A stretch of DNA of 64,000 bases from Actinomycetota bacterium. GTDB taxonomy: Bacteria > Actinomycetota > Acidimicrobiia > Acidimicrobiales > JACCXE01. Of this stretch, positions 39,858 through 49,192 are shown one piece after another. The notes under the pieces were generated by a model. That model was not told the DNA's origin. It searched no databases and worked only from the letters and a program-made list of their open reading frames with translations. How positions within the stretch are numbered: position 1 is the stretch's first letter; each line of letters opens with the position of its first letter. Where the stretch lies: NCBI GenBank assembly GCA_041166405.1, contig JBEEFV010000027.1:539-64538 (forward strand). Reading direction: 5' to 3'. The position numbers were made by a program, and so were the translations under genes.

Positions 39858-40805
39858 ATGCCCGTCGCAGTCATCGTGCCGGCGTTCCAGGCGGAGTCGA
39901 CGCTCGGTAGCGCGCTGGCGTCGGTCGCGGCGCAGACGTATGCGCCCGACGAAGTCGTCGTCGTCGACGACGGATCGAGTGACGGCACGGTCGCAGTTGC
40001 CAAGCAGTGGGACGCGCAATTGCCGATCACCGTCGTGGCCACTGCGACCAACTCGGGACCGTCCGCGGCGCGGCGCGCCGGCATCACCGCGGCGACCGCC
40101 GACGTCGTGGCACTGCTCGACGCCGACGACGTGTGGCTCCCGGATCACCTCGAGGCGATGCTGGGTGCGCACGCAACCACGAATGACGGGCTGGCGTCAG
40201 CCGACACGTTGACGTGGATCCCGGGTGTCGCCGTCGCCAGACGACCGCTGAGCCACAACGCGCCGCTGCCGTCGCGCGAGAAACAGTTGGGGTGGCTGCT
40301 CGCCGAGAACCGGCTTTCGATCTCGTCGCTATTCTCTCGCGCCCGCTACGACGCCGTCGGCGGGTTCCGCGCGGAGTTCCACGGGACCGAGGACTGGGAC
40401 TTGTGGATCCGCATGGTGCGCGCCGGCGCCGCGGTGGCGCGCCCCGATCACCCCACGGTCCTCTACCGCCTGTCACGCACGGCGCTGTCGAGCGACGACC
40501 GTATGGTCGCTGCCAAACGCGCCGTGCTCGACGCGGCGGCCCGCGAAGGCGGCGCCGAGGAGAAGCGCGCGTTGCGCGTCGGGCAGCGCCACAACCGCGC
40601 GGCCGCGCAGCTTGTGCGCGCCTACGCGCGGGCAGCCGACGGGAACACCACGGCGGCGCGCCTCGCAGGCATCCGCGCGCTGCGCGGCATCCGGCCCGTG
40701 GCGCTGCGCGGCGCGGCGATGGCGGTAGCCCCGAGACTGGTGCTGCAGCGCCGTGACGACATGCGCTACGACCCCGCGGTGTGGATGCGCCGTTACGGCG
40801 CGTAG
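39858..40805 (+). CDS. Glycosyltransferase family 2
   Basis: Track ORF 38520-40805 trimmed to ATG 39858: VAVIVPAFQAESTLGSALASV, VVVVDDGSSDGT, LLDADDVW, GTEDWDLW. Confidence 0.85.
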   Translation: MPVAVIVPAFQAESTLGSALASVAAQTYAPDEVVVVDDGSSDGTVAVAKQWDAQLPITVVATATNSGPSAARRAGITAATADVVALLDADDVWLPDHLEAMLGAHATTNDGLASADTLTWIPGVAVARRPLSHNAPLPSREKQLGWLLAENRLSISSLFSRARYDAVGGFRAEFHGTEDWDLWIRMVRAGAAVARPDHPTVLYRLSRTALSSDDRMVAAKRAVLDAAAREGGAEEKRALRVGQRHNRAAAQLVRAYARAADGNTTAARLAGIRALRGIRPVALRGAAMAVAPRLVLQRRDDMRYDPAVWMRRYGA

Positions 40806-41833
40806 GACCCCAGCACGTCGTCGTAGATCGCTTCGAGCCGATCGGCGAACGCGTCGGGGGTGAAGTGCGCCTCGTAGTGGCGGCGCGCCGCCGCGCCCAT
40901 CGACGCACGCACGTTGGCCAACCCGTCCACGATCGCGCCGGCGTCGAAAGGTGCAACCACGACCCCGGTCTCGCCGTGCCGGACGATCTCGGGGAGGCCG
41001 CCGACGCCGGTCACGACTGCGGGAACGCCGACGGCCGCGGCCTCGATCACTCCCAACCCGAACGGCTCTTGGCCTCGCGACGGTGCGACGAGCACGTGCG
41101 CGCGCGCCAAGACGTCGAACACGCCCTGCCGGTCGAGCCGGCCCATGAACGTGACGTTGGGCCCCGCGGTGCGCGCCAACGCGTCGCGTTCGGGCCCATC
41201 GCCGGCGATGACGAAGCGCATGGTCGGCAGGCGCGCTGCGGCGTCGAGCAACAAGTCGACGCCCTTTTCGTACGAGAGTCGACCGACGTACAACGCGTAA
41301 CCGTCGTCGTGCGTCGGATCGCGCGGCGAAGGATCGGTGTCGAGTCCGTTATGGCACACCGCGATGCGCGCGGCCGGAATGGCGCTGCTCGTGGCGCGCG
41401 CGACCGCGTCACTTACCGCGACGAAACGGGTCACGCGTCTCCAGGCGCGACGATGGCTCAGTTGCACGACCGTCGCGGCGGCAGAAAACGCGGCCGACCC
41501 TCGGTAACAACGGTGCACCACTCCCGACAGCGGCGAGCGCGCGACACAGTCGTCGCAGAACTTGCCGTCGCGCACGAGAAATGGCTGCACGCACACCGCC
41601 CGCGCGTTGTGCACGTGCTGGACCACGGGCACACGGGCGTCGTACACCGACGGGCGCACGATCGGGAACTGGTTGTGGACGTGGACGATGTCGGGACGCT
41701 GACGCGCGACGTCGCGCCCGTCGGAGCGCACGACGTCGTGCCCGCGCGCCCGCAGCACCGCCTCCTGGGTCGCCACGACTCGCTCCTCGCCGCCCGCGAC
41801 GGCGTACGGCTTGTGGACGAGAAGGATCTTCAC
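40793..41833 (-). CDS. Glycosyltransferase family 4
   Basis: Track ORF 40793-41893 trimmed to GTG 41833 (GTGA overlap): VKILLVHKPYAVAGGEE, YVGRLSYEKG, SRGQEPFGLGVIEAAAVGVPAVVTGVGGLPEIV. Confidence 0.85.
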   Translation of the reverse strand: MKILLVHKPYAVAGGEERVVATQEAVLRARGHDVVRSDGRDVARQRPDIVHVHNQFPIVRPSVYDARVPVVQHVHNARAVCVQPFLVRDGKFCDDCVARSPLSGVVHRCYRGSAAFSAAATVVQLSHRRAWRRVTRFVAVSDAVARATSSAIPAARIAVCHNGLDTDPSPRDPTHDDGYALYVGRLSYEKGVDLLLDAAARLPTMRFVIAGDGPERDALARTAGPNVTFMGRLDRQGVFDVLARAHVLVAPSRGQEPFGLGVIEAAAVGVPAVVTGVGGLPEIVRHGETGVVVAPFDAGAIVDGLANVRASMGAAARRHYEAHFTPDAFADRLEAIYDDVLGSYAP

Positions 41834-42873
41834 CGCTGCTGGCGCGCCACGTAGGCCTCGTAGACGGGCTCGACGGTGTCCCACGGCGACCACGGCCCCA
41901 ACAGCGTGCGCACGCGCTCGGCGGCCGCGAGCCCGAGGCGCGTTGTCGCCTCGCGATCGGCCGCGATGCGCGCGAAAGCGTCAGCCGCAGCGTCGACGGT
42001 CGCGGCGGTGAAACCGGTGTCACCGACGAGGAACTCGATGCCGGGCAACGGCGAGCCGACGACGGTGCGCCCGCTCCACATCGCTTCGATGACCGCCAGT
42101 GGGGTGCCCTCGCTACGCGCGAACAGCGCCAGCGCCCACGCGCGCCGCAGGACTGCCGCGGGGTCGGCGTGCCCGAGCATCTCGACGGGAGCGCGCAACT
42201 CGGCGATGAGCGAGCGCATCTCTTGCTCGCGCGCGCCCGTGCCACCAAGCAGTCCGCGCACGCGGTGACCGCGGCGAGCGGTCTCGGCGATGGCGCGGAC
42301 GAATACGTCCGGTTGCTTGCGCTGGTCGAGCGCCCCGAGCCACGCGATGACCGGGACCTCGGCGTTCGGTAGCGGCATGACGTCGAGGCGGTGCAACGCC
42401 GGACTCGCGTACGGCTCGTACACCCACGGCGACGGATATCCCGGCTCGCCCGTCGACGCGCGGTGTGCAAGGCGCGGCAGCGTGCGCAGCCAGAGCCGGC
42501 GCAGCTGCGCGTACCCGAGCGGGTCGCTTTGGTCGGGGTGCGCGCCGTGCACCGACAAGAACGGCGTGGGCAGACCCGCGAGGCGCGCCAGGAGCACCGA
42601 GCGCATGCCGTGCACGTGTACGACCGTGTCCTGGTCGACGAGAAGTCGTAACTCGCGCAACGCGTGGCGTGCGGCGGCCATCGCGCGTGGCTGGCGCGCC
42701 GTCACGACCGCCGGGACCTCGACCCATATCGCGGGCGGATCCGGCGGCGGTCCGTCTCGGGGCGCCGCGACGATCACGCCCCAGTGGCGGCAGCTGAACC
42801 ACTCCGCTTGGAGGCGCACGAGCGCACCGAGCCCACCCGCCAGTGTGTCGGTGATCACTAGCAAGCGGCGCAC
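41830..42873 (-). CDS. Glycosyltransferase, GT-B fold (GT4-like, divergent)
   Basis: 347 aa: MRRLLVITDTLAGGLG, ARSEGTPLAVIEAMWSGRTVVGSPLPG. Confidence 0.7.
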   Translation of the reverse strand: MRRLLVITDTLAGGLGALVRLQAEWFSCRHWGVIVAAPRDGPPPDPPAIWVEVPAVVTARQPRAMAAARHALRELRLLVDQDTVVHVHGMRSVLLARLAGLPTPFLSVHGAHPDQSDPLGYAQLRRLWLRTLPRLAHRASTGEPGYPSPWVYEPYASPALHRLDVMPLPNAEVPVIAWLGALDQRKQPDVFVRAIAETARRGHRVRGLLGGTGAREQEMRSLIAELRAPVEMLGHADPAAVLRRAWALALFARSEGTPLAVIEAMWSGRTVVGSPLPGIEFLVGDTGFTAATVDAAADAFARIAADREATTRLGLAAAERVRTLLGPWSPWDTVEPVYEAYVARQQR

Positions 42874-42894
42874 GGCTTCTAACCTACGAACACT

Positions 42895-43656
42895 GTGGCC
42901 GCGCGACCGAAACCTCGACCGGTAGCCGTCAAACGGGTCGACCCCGAACCGGAACCCGAAGCCGAACCGGCGCGCCCCGTGCGCCCAGTGCGCCCGGTGC
43001 GCAGCGCCGCCCCGAGGCGATTCGCTCCTGAGGGCGTCGCCTACGCCAACGCGTGGGATTCGATCATGGTGTTGTCGATCGCGAACCTGCTGGTGGCGCT
43101 GGCGATCGCGCTGTTCTGCGCGGGGCTCGGATACGCCGACGTCATGCGACAGCCGGCGGAGTACCAGTCCTCGGCGATCATGCTGATGGACCAGCCGTTG
43201 GCGTTGACCAAGGGTGACTCCGGCGTGGTCGTCAAGCTCAACCTGCTGCGCGCCAAGTACGCCGCGCTGTTGCTGACGAGCGAGATCATGGCGCCGGCGG
43301 CGCGCGAGGCGGGACTCTCGGTGGGCGAGATGCGCGCCGCGCAGCGTCCGCTGTATCCGCAGAACTCGCTAACGCTGCTGCCGATCGCCCGCACCAACAA
43401 CCCACAACGCGCGCAGAAGATCGCGCAGGCCACCGCCGACACGCTGTCGCAGTACGTGCAGGACGAGCAGGCGGCGACGGGCCTCGCCGCGCCCGAGCGC
43501 CTCAGCCTGCGCATCGTGCAGAACGCGGGCCCGGGCAACAAAGTGTCGCCGGTGCCGCAGCGTGCGCGTCAGGTCGCGGGCGTCGCCGCGGCCGCGGGAA
43601 TGCTCCTCGCCTACGTCGGGCTGCAGTTGCGTTCGGCGCGTCGACAACAGCAGTAG
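42895..43656 (+). CDS. Polysaccharide co-polymerase (Wzz/PCP)-like protein without kinase domain
   Basis: 253 aa, GTG start. Low-complexity N-terminus, a TM segment (IMVLSIANLLVALAIALFCAGLG), a ~140-aa loop and a C-terminal TM segment (VAGVAAAAGMLLAYVGL). Confidence 0.6.
   Translation: MAARPKPRPVAVKRVDPEPEPEAEPARPVRPVRPVRSAAPRRFAPEGVAYANAWDSIMVLSIANLLVALAIALFCAGLGYADVMRQPAEYQSSAIMLMDQPLALTKGDSGVVVKLNLLRAKYAALLLTSEIMAPAAREAGLSVGEMRAAQRPLYPQNSLTLLPIARTNNPQRAQKIAQATADTLSQYVQDEQAATGLAAPERLSLRIVQNAGPGNKVSPVPQRARQVAGVAAAAGMLLAYVGLQLRSARRQQQ
42976..43002 (+). repeat. 3 x 9-nt tandem repeat encoding PVRPVRPVR in the PCP-like N-terminus
   Basis: ccc gtg cgc / cca gtg cgc / ccg gtg cgc, in frame. Preceded by a PEPEPEAEP-coding stretch. 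Confidence 0.9.
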
Positions 43657-43664
43657 CGCTTTTC

Positions 43665-45503
43665 GTGTCGACCCTCGCGATCCAACTGATTGCGATCGCG
43701 CTCGTGGCGGTCCATCTGCGCGCGCCGTTGAAGGTCTCGGCGGCGCTGCTCGTCGGCACCATGTTCGTGATCCCCGGCGCGATCTTGTTCCCCGACGCGC
43801 CCGCGTATGTGTTCGTGGTGCGCCTTGGGCTGTGGGCGGCGTGCGCCGGGCTGCTGGTGCGCGCCGCCACCGGTGAGATCGATCGGCTCCACCTCCGGCC
43901 GTCGCGCGCGCTCGTGGCGTTGGGGCTGTTCGTCGGGTTGGCGTACGTCGTCGGTGTCGCCGGCGGCCCCTACCCGTCGCAGAGCCAGCGCGCGTTCGAG
44001 TTGTGGCTGCTGTTGTTCGACCAGTTGCTGTTCTTGTGGGCGGCGACCGTCGTCGTGCGCGTGCTCGGGGTTCGCGTGGTGGCGCGCTACGCAGCGGTCG
44101 CGGTCGTGTTCGCCGCCTGTATCGCAGTGCTCGAGCGGTGGACGGGTGGCAGCTATGCCCACTGGTGGTTTCGCCACCAGACGAAATTCGGCCTCGCGGG
44201 CCTGCGGCTCGAGACGCGTGGTGGCACCGTCCGCGTCCGGGCGACGGGTGACTTCGCGCTGCAGTTCGCGTGGGTGCTCGCCTTCTTCATGCCGCTCGTC
44301 GGTCTCCTCGCGCTGCGCGCCCGCCGCCTCGTCGCGCTCGCCGCACCGTGCATCGTCATGCTCGCCATCGTGTTGACGATCACCCGCAGCGTGTTTGCCG
44401 GTCTCCTTGCAGGCGCGCTGTGTTTGCTGTTGTTCGCGCGCGGCGACCGACGCGTGATCGGCGCGGTGTTTGCCGTCGCCATCGTCGCCGGCACCGTGTA
44501 TCTGTCGAGCGCGGCCGTGCGTCATCCGTACCAAGCCGCTGATCCCGAGTCGGAGACCGTGCGCACGCGGCGGCTGAGCATCCTCACGAACGAGCTGACG
44601 CACCACACGTGGACCGGCTTCGGGCTCGACGGTGCGACCGAGCGCGGCATCGACTCCACCGACTCGGCGCTGCTCGGCACGTACGCGGGAACGGGGGTCG
44701 TCGGCGTGGCGGCGCTCGCCGGTGCGCTGGCGACCGCGGTGTTCACCGTGGTTGCCGCGGGCGTGCTCGGTTCGCGTGAGGACGGGCCACTCGCGGGCGC
44801 ATTGGCGGGCGGGCTCGTCGCGGGCGGGCTGGCCATGTTCGCGTTTGACTCGCTCAGCGGTCCGTTGCCGAGTTGGAGTTTGTGGCTGTTCGCTGCGCTG
44901 GGGGTCGGCCTCTACGAAGAGGTCATGGCGGCGCGCGACGAGCCGCTGCGACCACGCGCCGTCAAGCTCTCGCCGCGGCGAATGATGCTGCCGTTGTTCG
45001 GTCTCGGGCTCGGCGCGGTGGTCGCCGTCGCGACACCCACGCACGTCGCCGCGCAACTGTCGATGTTTACGCTGAGCCCGAGTTATCTCACCCAGACCGA
45101 GACCGGGCACGCCGACTTCGTCGGCCGTGTACTCGTCCAGGCGACGTGCGACTCGGCGCGCAGCGCGCTCGACGTATCGGCGCACGTGCAATTCGACTGC
45201 TTCGATCCACTCCAGGCCGGGCCGGGCACGGGACTCGTGCGCGTCGAAGCCCGCACGCGGAACGACCTTCAGCGCGCGGAGAAAACGTTCATCGCCGTCG
45301 CAAAGCGCGTCCACGGCGCGACGCGGATCGCGGTCGTGACTCCGGCGATCAAGGCGCGCCCGACGTGGGCGCGCACCGCTCCGGTGACGTCGACGCTGGT
45401 GTTCGCAGAGTTGGCGCTGCTGCTACCGGCGATCAGGTTCCGCCGGCGCGGAACTACTTCCCCGTCGCGCGCGCCAGCGCGTCCTTCACCGGCTTACCGC
45501 TGA
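43665..45503 (+). CDS. O-antigen ligase/polymerase-family polytopic membrane protein with ~170-aa C-terminal extracytoplasmic domain
   Basis: 612 aa with many hydrophobic segments. Wzy_C-like loop around LTITRSVFAGLLAGAL ... RTRRLSILTNELTHHTWTGFGLDG. Confidence 0.7.
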   Translation: MSTLAIQLIAIALVAVHLRAPLKVSAALLVGTMFVIPGAILFPDAPAYVFVVRLGLWAACAGLLVRAATGEIDRLHLRPSRALVALGLFVGLAYVVGVAGGPYPSQSQRAFELWLLLFDQLLFLWAATVVVRVLGVRVVARYAAVAVVFAACIAVLERWTGGSYAHWWFRHQTKFGLAGLRLETRGGTVRVRATGDFALQFAWVLAFFMPLVGLLALRARRLVALAAPCIVMLAIVLTITRSVFAGLLAGALCLLLFARGDRRVIGAVFAVAIVAGTVYLSSAAVRHPYQAADPESETVRTRRLSILTNELTHHTWTGFGLDGATERGIDSTDSALLGTYAGTGVVGVAALAGALATAVFTVVAAGVLGSREDGPLAGALAGGLVAGGLAMFAFDSLSGPLPSWSLWLFAALGVGLYEEVMAARDEPLRPRAVKLSPRRMMLPLFGLGLGAVVAVATPTHVAAQLSMFTLSPSYLTQTETGHADFVGRVLVQATCDSARSALDVSAHVQFDCFDPLQAGPGTGLVRVEARTRNDLQRAEKTFIAVAKRVHGATRIAVVTPAIKARPTWARTAPVTSTLVFAELALLLPAIRFRRRGTTSPSRAPARPSPAYR

Positions 45504-46560
45504 CCGACGGGTTCCCATTGGCGTCGAGCAGGCAGAAGTCGGTCATCTTGCCGTTGCCCCACAACCATGCGGCCCAACCGATGTGGTGCGCTTCGGCCCA
45601 GTCGATCGGCGCTTGCATCTCACCGGGGATCGAACGCTGCGTGCCGAACTCGGTGATCATGACCGCGCGCCGCGCCACCGCCGGTGCGATCTGCAGGTCG
45701 AGGAAGGGCGGATACTGCTTGTTGTTGCAGTTGTAGCCCTCTTCGTAATAGATGACGCGACCGTTGCACTGGAACGGGTACGTGTGCGCGCCGTACACGA
45801 CGTTCTTGTCGTTCATCAGCGGGTTGTTCACGACCATCCGCAGGTCGTTGCCCCACTGGTTGCCGGTGGCGAACACGAGGTTGGTGTTGCCGGTCGAGCG
45901 CGCCGCGTCGAGGAGTTGCTGCATGCCGACGGCGCGCCATCCGTCGACGACTCCGCCGTTGCGCCACACCGCATCGGGGATGTCGTGGGGCTCGTTGTAG
46001 AGGTCGATGGCGACGTACGGGTGGTTCTTGTAGCGCTTCGCCAGCATCTTCACGAAGTCGACGCTGTGAATGTCTGCGGCCTTCTGCGGGCCGGACCAAT
46101 GGCCGACGCCGCACGTGAGACCGCGCGTCGACACGTGGTCGTCGAGGATGACGAGCATCTTGAGTTGCTCCGCCCAACGCACGATCTTGTCGACGCGTCC
46201 CATGTAGTTCTTGTCGTACGTGCACATGCGGGCGAGCGCGAACGCCGGCGACAGCGGGACGCGCACGACGTTGGCGCCCCAGCTCTTCATCCGCTGGTAG
46301 TTCCAGAAGCCTTCTTCGTAGCCCTTCTTGGTCCACTCGAGGCCGTTCTTGTTCACGCCGCGGGGCATGAAGAGTTTGCCGTCCGGACCGAGGATGCGCG
46401 TTCCGTTCACGGTGAACTTGCCCGTGATCGGGTTGTTCTGCGCCTTTTTGATCTTCGGCAGCGCCGAGGCTGTCCCGGTCAGCGACAGCAACGTCGCGAC
46501 CGTGACCAGCAGTACTGCCAATCGTTTCGTGATGTCGTTGCGCAAAAGCTTTACGTGCAC
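45454..46560 (-). CDS. Secreted glycoside hydrolase family 5 (endoglycanase)
   Basis: 368 aa. Signal peptide KRLAVLLVTVATLLSLTGTASA. Motifs: GANVVRVP, DLYNEPH (acid/base NEP), VMITEFG (nucleophile). Visibly lower GC than its neighbours. The 3-prime end overlaps the convergent gene by 50 nt. Confidence 0.85.
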   Translation of the reverse strand: MHVKLLRNDITKRLAVLLVTVATLLSLTGTASALPKIKKAQNNPITGKFTVNGTRILGPDGKLFMPRGVNKNGLEWTKKGYEEGFWNYQRMKSWGANVVRVPLSPAFALARMCTYDKNYMGRVDKIVRWAEQLKMLVILDDHVSTRGLTCGVGHWSGPQKAADIHSVDFVKMLAKRYKNHPYVAIDLYNEPHDIPDAVWRNGGVVDGWRAVGMQQLLDAARSTGNTNLVFATGNQWGNDLRMVVNNPLMNDKNVVYGAHTYPFQCNGRVIYYEEGYNCNNKQYPPFLDLQIAPAVARRAVMITEFGTQRSIPGEMQAPIDWAEAHHIGWAAWLWGNGKMTDFCLLDANGNPSVSGKPVKDALARATGK

Positions 46561-46598
46561 GTCTACTACCCCATACGTCCCAGCCGGTCGCCGGAAGC

Positions 46599-47513
46599 CT
46601 ACCGCCGCTCGCCGCCGGTTTTTCGATCAGCCGGCACGAAATGGCCGTCGTTGATTCGGACAAATAACCCGCGAGAGAACCCAACGGTCGTTCCGGCGAG
46701 CCGAGCCGCGACCCGCGCGACCTCGGTTTTGTTACGATCGCGCAGCGGCGCGGCGACGCGCGCGAGACCCCAGCCCCACACCGCCTCGGTGCCGACAACG
46801 CGCGCTCGTGGACGATCGGTGCGGACCAACTTCGCCAGGCGTGCGCCGTTGCCGAAGCCGTAGCGCCAGTCGAGCCCCACGAGCTCGCGCGACGAACGCC
46901 ACTGTTCGTGCCGAGCTCGCGCCGCGGGCTCGTAGCGACCGACGTAGCCCGCGGCGAACAGCCGGTCGTAGAGGTCAGCCTCCGGCGCCGACTTGAAACG
47001 GCCGCCGGCGCCCAGCGCTTCGTCCCACCCCCCGATGGCAGCGAGCGCCTCGGTTCGCACGAGGAGGTTGGCGCCGTGGCCCAGGTCGCCGCGGGATGTG
47101 CGGTCGAGCGCGCACGGCTCGTCGTCGTCTTTCACGGCGACCATCGCGTCGTTCCGGCCGACGCTTTCGAGCGGCGCCAGCCGGCCGGTGAGGAACGCGG
47201 CCTCGGGATGTGCCGCCGCGCTCGCTGCGAACGCGTCGGCCCACTCCGCGTCGACGACCACGTCGTCGTCGACGTAGGCGACGAGGCCGTGCTGAGCGGC
47301 TCGCCAGCCGCGGTTGCGCGCCCGGTTCACACCAGGTCGGTCGACCCGTACGAGCTGGACGTCGGCGGTCGTGACAGGCGGTGTCGACGCGGAGTCGACG
47401 ACTATCAGTTCGTCAACGGGGCGCATGGCGTCGCGAATTGATGCCAAGCAGCGCTCCAACTGGACGGGCCGGTCGCGCGTCGGCACGACGATCGACAGCG
47501 GCGGTCGCGTCAA
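46599..47513 (-). CDS. Glycosyltransferase family 2
   Basis: Track ORF 46599-47654 trimmed to TTG 47513 (TTGA overlap): LSIVVPTRDRPVQLERCL, LIVVDSAS, YVDDDVVV. Confidence 0.8.
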   Translation of the reverse strand: MTRPPLSIVVPTRDRPVQLERCLASIRDAMRPVDELIVVDSASTPPVTTADVQLVRVDRPGVNRARNRGWRAAQHGLVAYVDDDVVVDAEWADAFAASAAAHPEAAFLTGRLAPLESVGRNDAMVAVKDDDEPCALDRTSRGDLGHGANLLVRTEALAAIGGWDEALGAGGRFKSAPEADLYDRLFAAGYVGRYEPAARARHEQWRSSRELVGLDWRYGFGNGARLAKLVRTDRPRARVVGTEAVWGWGLARVAAPLRDRNKTEVARVAARLAGTTVGFSRGLFVRINDGHFVPADRKTGGERR

Positions 47514-48433
47514 ATGAACAGCGTGCGGTAACGCACCGAGCCTGCGACGGTGACGGCGACTTCGGCGATGTCGGCCACGGCAAGCTGCGCACCCGCACGC
47601 GCGCCGTTGTTGCGCGCGCGGCGAGCGAACTGCGGCACGACGAGCGCAAGCCATCGCAGGCCGAACGGCGCCAACACGACACCGGCGAGCGCCAGCGCGC
47701 CGGTGGTGTGCGACGGCTTCCAGAAAATGCGCCGGTGGATGAGCGGGCGCAGCTGCGGGTGGCGCTTGATCGTGAGCGGCGCGTTCGCCCAGCGCGCGAG
47801 CGAACCGAGGTGGTCGATGAAGTCGACGGAGCGCACGGCGTGCCAGACGACGGCGTCGTCGACGTAGCGCACCGCGCCGCCGGACTCGATCACACGGTGC
47901 GCGAGATCCGAGTCTTCGCCGGCGCCCCAGTACGCATCGTCGTAGCCGCCGACGCGCTCCAGCGCCCGGCGGCGGTACACGAGGTTTGCGTTGGGATAGC
48001 CCTCGTAGCGCTCGTGCACTTCGATCGTGCGCTTGAACGTGCCGGCGACATCGCCGTCTTCCGGGTGCGCGTCGACGCGTCCCTGCAGCAGGTCGACGGA
48101 CTCGTCGGCGTCGTCAAAGGCTGCGACCGCAGCCTTGAGCCACCCGGGCGCCGGTTCACAGTCGTCGTCCGTGAACGCGACGAACGGCGCGCGCGCGGCG
48201 CGCCAGCCGACGTTGCGCTTCGCCACCGCGCCGCGGTCGGGAATCTGCAGCGCCCGCAGAGGCAGGCGGTCGCTCCACGCCGCCAACAGGTCGCGCACGC
48301 CGGCGTCGCCGTCGTGCACGACGATTGCTTCGAAATCGACGCCGTCCTGTGCGGCCAGTCCGCGAAGGGTCCGTTCGAGCAGCGCCACGCGATCGACGGT
48401 CGGCACGACCACGGAGATCTTCGGATCGCTCAC
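47510..48433 (-). CDS. Glycosyltransferase family 2
   Basis: Track ORF 47510-48451. GTG 48433 gives a GTGA overlap with the upstream stop. Motifs: ISVVVPTVDRVALLERTL, FTDDDCEP, GAGEDSDLAHR. Confidence 0.8.
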   Translation of the reverse strand: MSDPKISVVVPTVDRVALLERTLRGLAAQDGVDFEAIVVHDGDAGVRDLLAAWSDRLPLRALQIPDRGAVAKRNVGWRAARAPFVAFTDDDCEPAPGWLKAAVAAFDDADESVDLLQGRVDAHPEDGDVAGTFKRTIEVHERYEGYPNANLVYRRRALERVGGYDDAYWGAGEDSDLAHRVIESGGAVRYVDDAVVWHAVRSVDFIDHLGSLARWANAPLTIKRHPQLRPLIHRRIFWKPSHTTGALALAGVVLAPFGLRWLALVVPQFARRARNNGARAGAQLAVADIAEVAVTVAGSVRYRTLFI

Positions 48434-49170
48434 GCTTTGTGCTTCGTCCACGCCGGCCAGTCAGGATCGGGCGCGCCGTCTGTGCCCAGTTCGACGTCGC
48501 GCATCCACGGATGATCGAGTGAGCGCACGACGTCAGCCGGTACGCCTGACGCGAACACTCCCGCAGGGATATCGCGCGCCACCACCGAACTCGGTCCGAT
48601 CACGGTCCACGGCCCGATGGTCACGCCGCGCCCGACCGAGACGCGGGGACAGATGAACGTGTTGCGGCCGATGTCGACGGGTGCGAACTTCACGTTCTCA
48701 CCGACAGGCTCGTCGGCGGTCGTGTGGAAGTGCGTCGAGTCGGCGACGGTGGCGTACTCCGCCATGATCGCGGCGTACCCGAGGTGGATCGAGTCGCCGC
48801 AGTGCAGCACGGAGCCGTAGCTGATCGTGTTCTCGCCGTCGAGAGTGATGCGGCCTTCGATCTGCACTGCGACACCGGCGCGCAGGTCAGTGCGGATGCC
48901 GGCGGTGAAGGACCCACCCTTCATGTGGATCGTGACGTTGTCGCCGATACGCGACTTCGCGCCCATCGAGAACGACGTGTGCGTTCCCGGCCACACGTAC
49001 ACGCGCACGCCGCGCCCGATACGCACGTCGGGGGCCATCTCGAACGACACGCTGGCGCGTTCCCACTTCGCGAGCAGCTGGACGCGGGCGACGAAAATCG
49101 CCTGCCGCAGGCGGCGCCACGCGACCACGACTTCCTGCTGATGGTCGCGGAGGAATTGGACGGGCTTCAT
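48430..49170 (-). CDS. Hexapeptide-repeat acyl/acetyltransferase (paralog of 1726-2448)
   Basis: Track ORF 48430-49215 trimmed to ATG 49170 (MKPVQFL). Motifs: VDIGRNTFICPRVSVGRGVTIGPWTVIGPSSVVARDIPAGVFASGVPADVV. Confidence 0.8.
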   Translation of the reverse strand: MKPVQFLRDHQQEVVVAWRRLRQAIFVARVQLLAKWERASVSFEMAPDVRIGRGVRVYVWPGTHTSFSMGAKSRIGDNVTIHMKGGSFTAGIRTDLRAGVAVQIEGRITLDGENTISYGSVLHCGDSIHLGYAAIMAEYATVADSTHFHTTADEPVGENVKFAPVDIGRNTFICPRVSVGRGVTIGPWTVIGPSSVVARDIPAGVFASGVPADVVRSLDHPWMRDVELGTDGAPDPDWPAWTKHKA

Positions 49171-49192
49171 GGCGCGCCCACAATCTACGGGT

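Noticed and set aside
42976-43002. The 3 x 9-nt tandem repeat, considered as a regulatory or phase-variable element.
   Set aside because: It is in frame within a low-complexity N-terminal tail (PVRPVRPVR). Unit changes would only add or remove three residues, and there is no evidence of a switching function.
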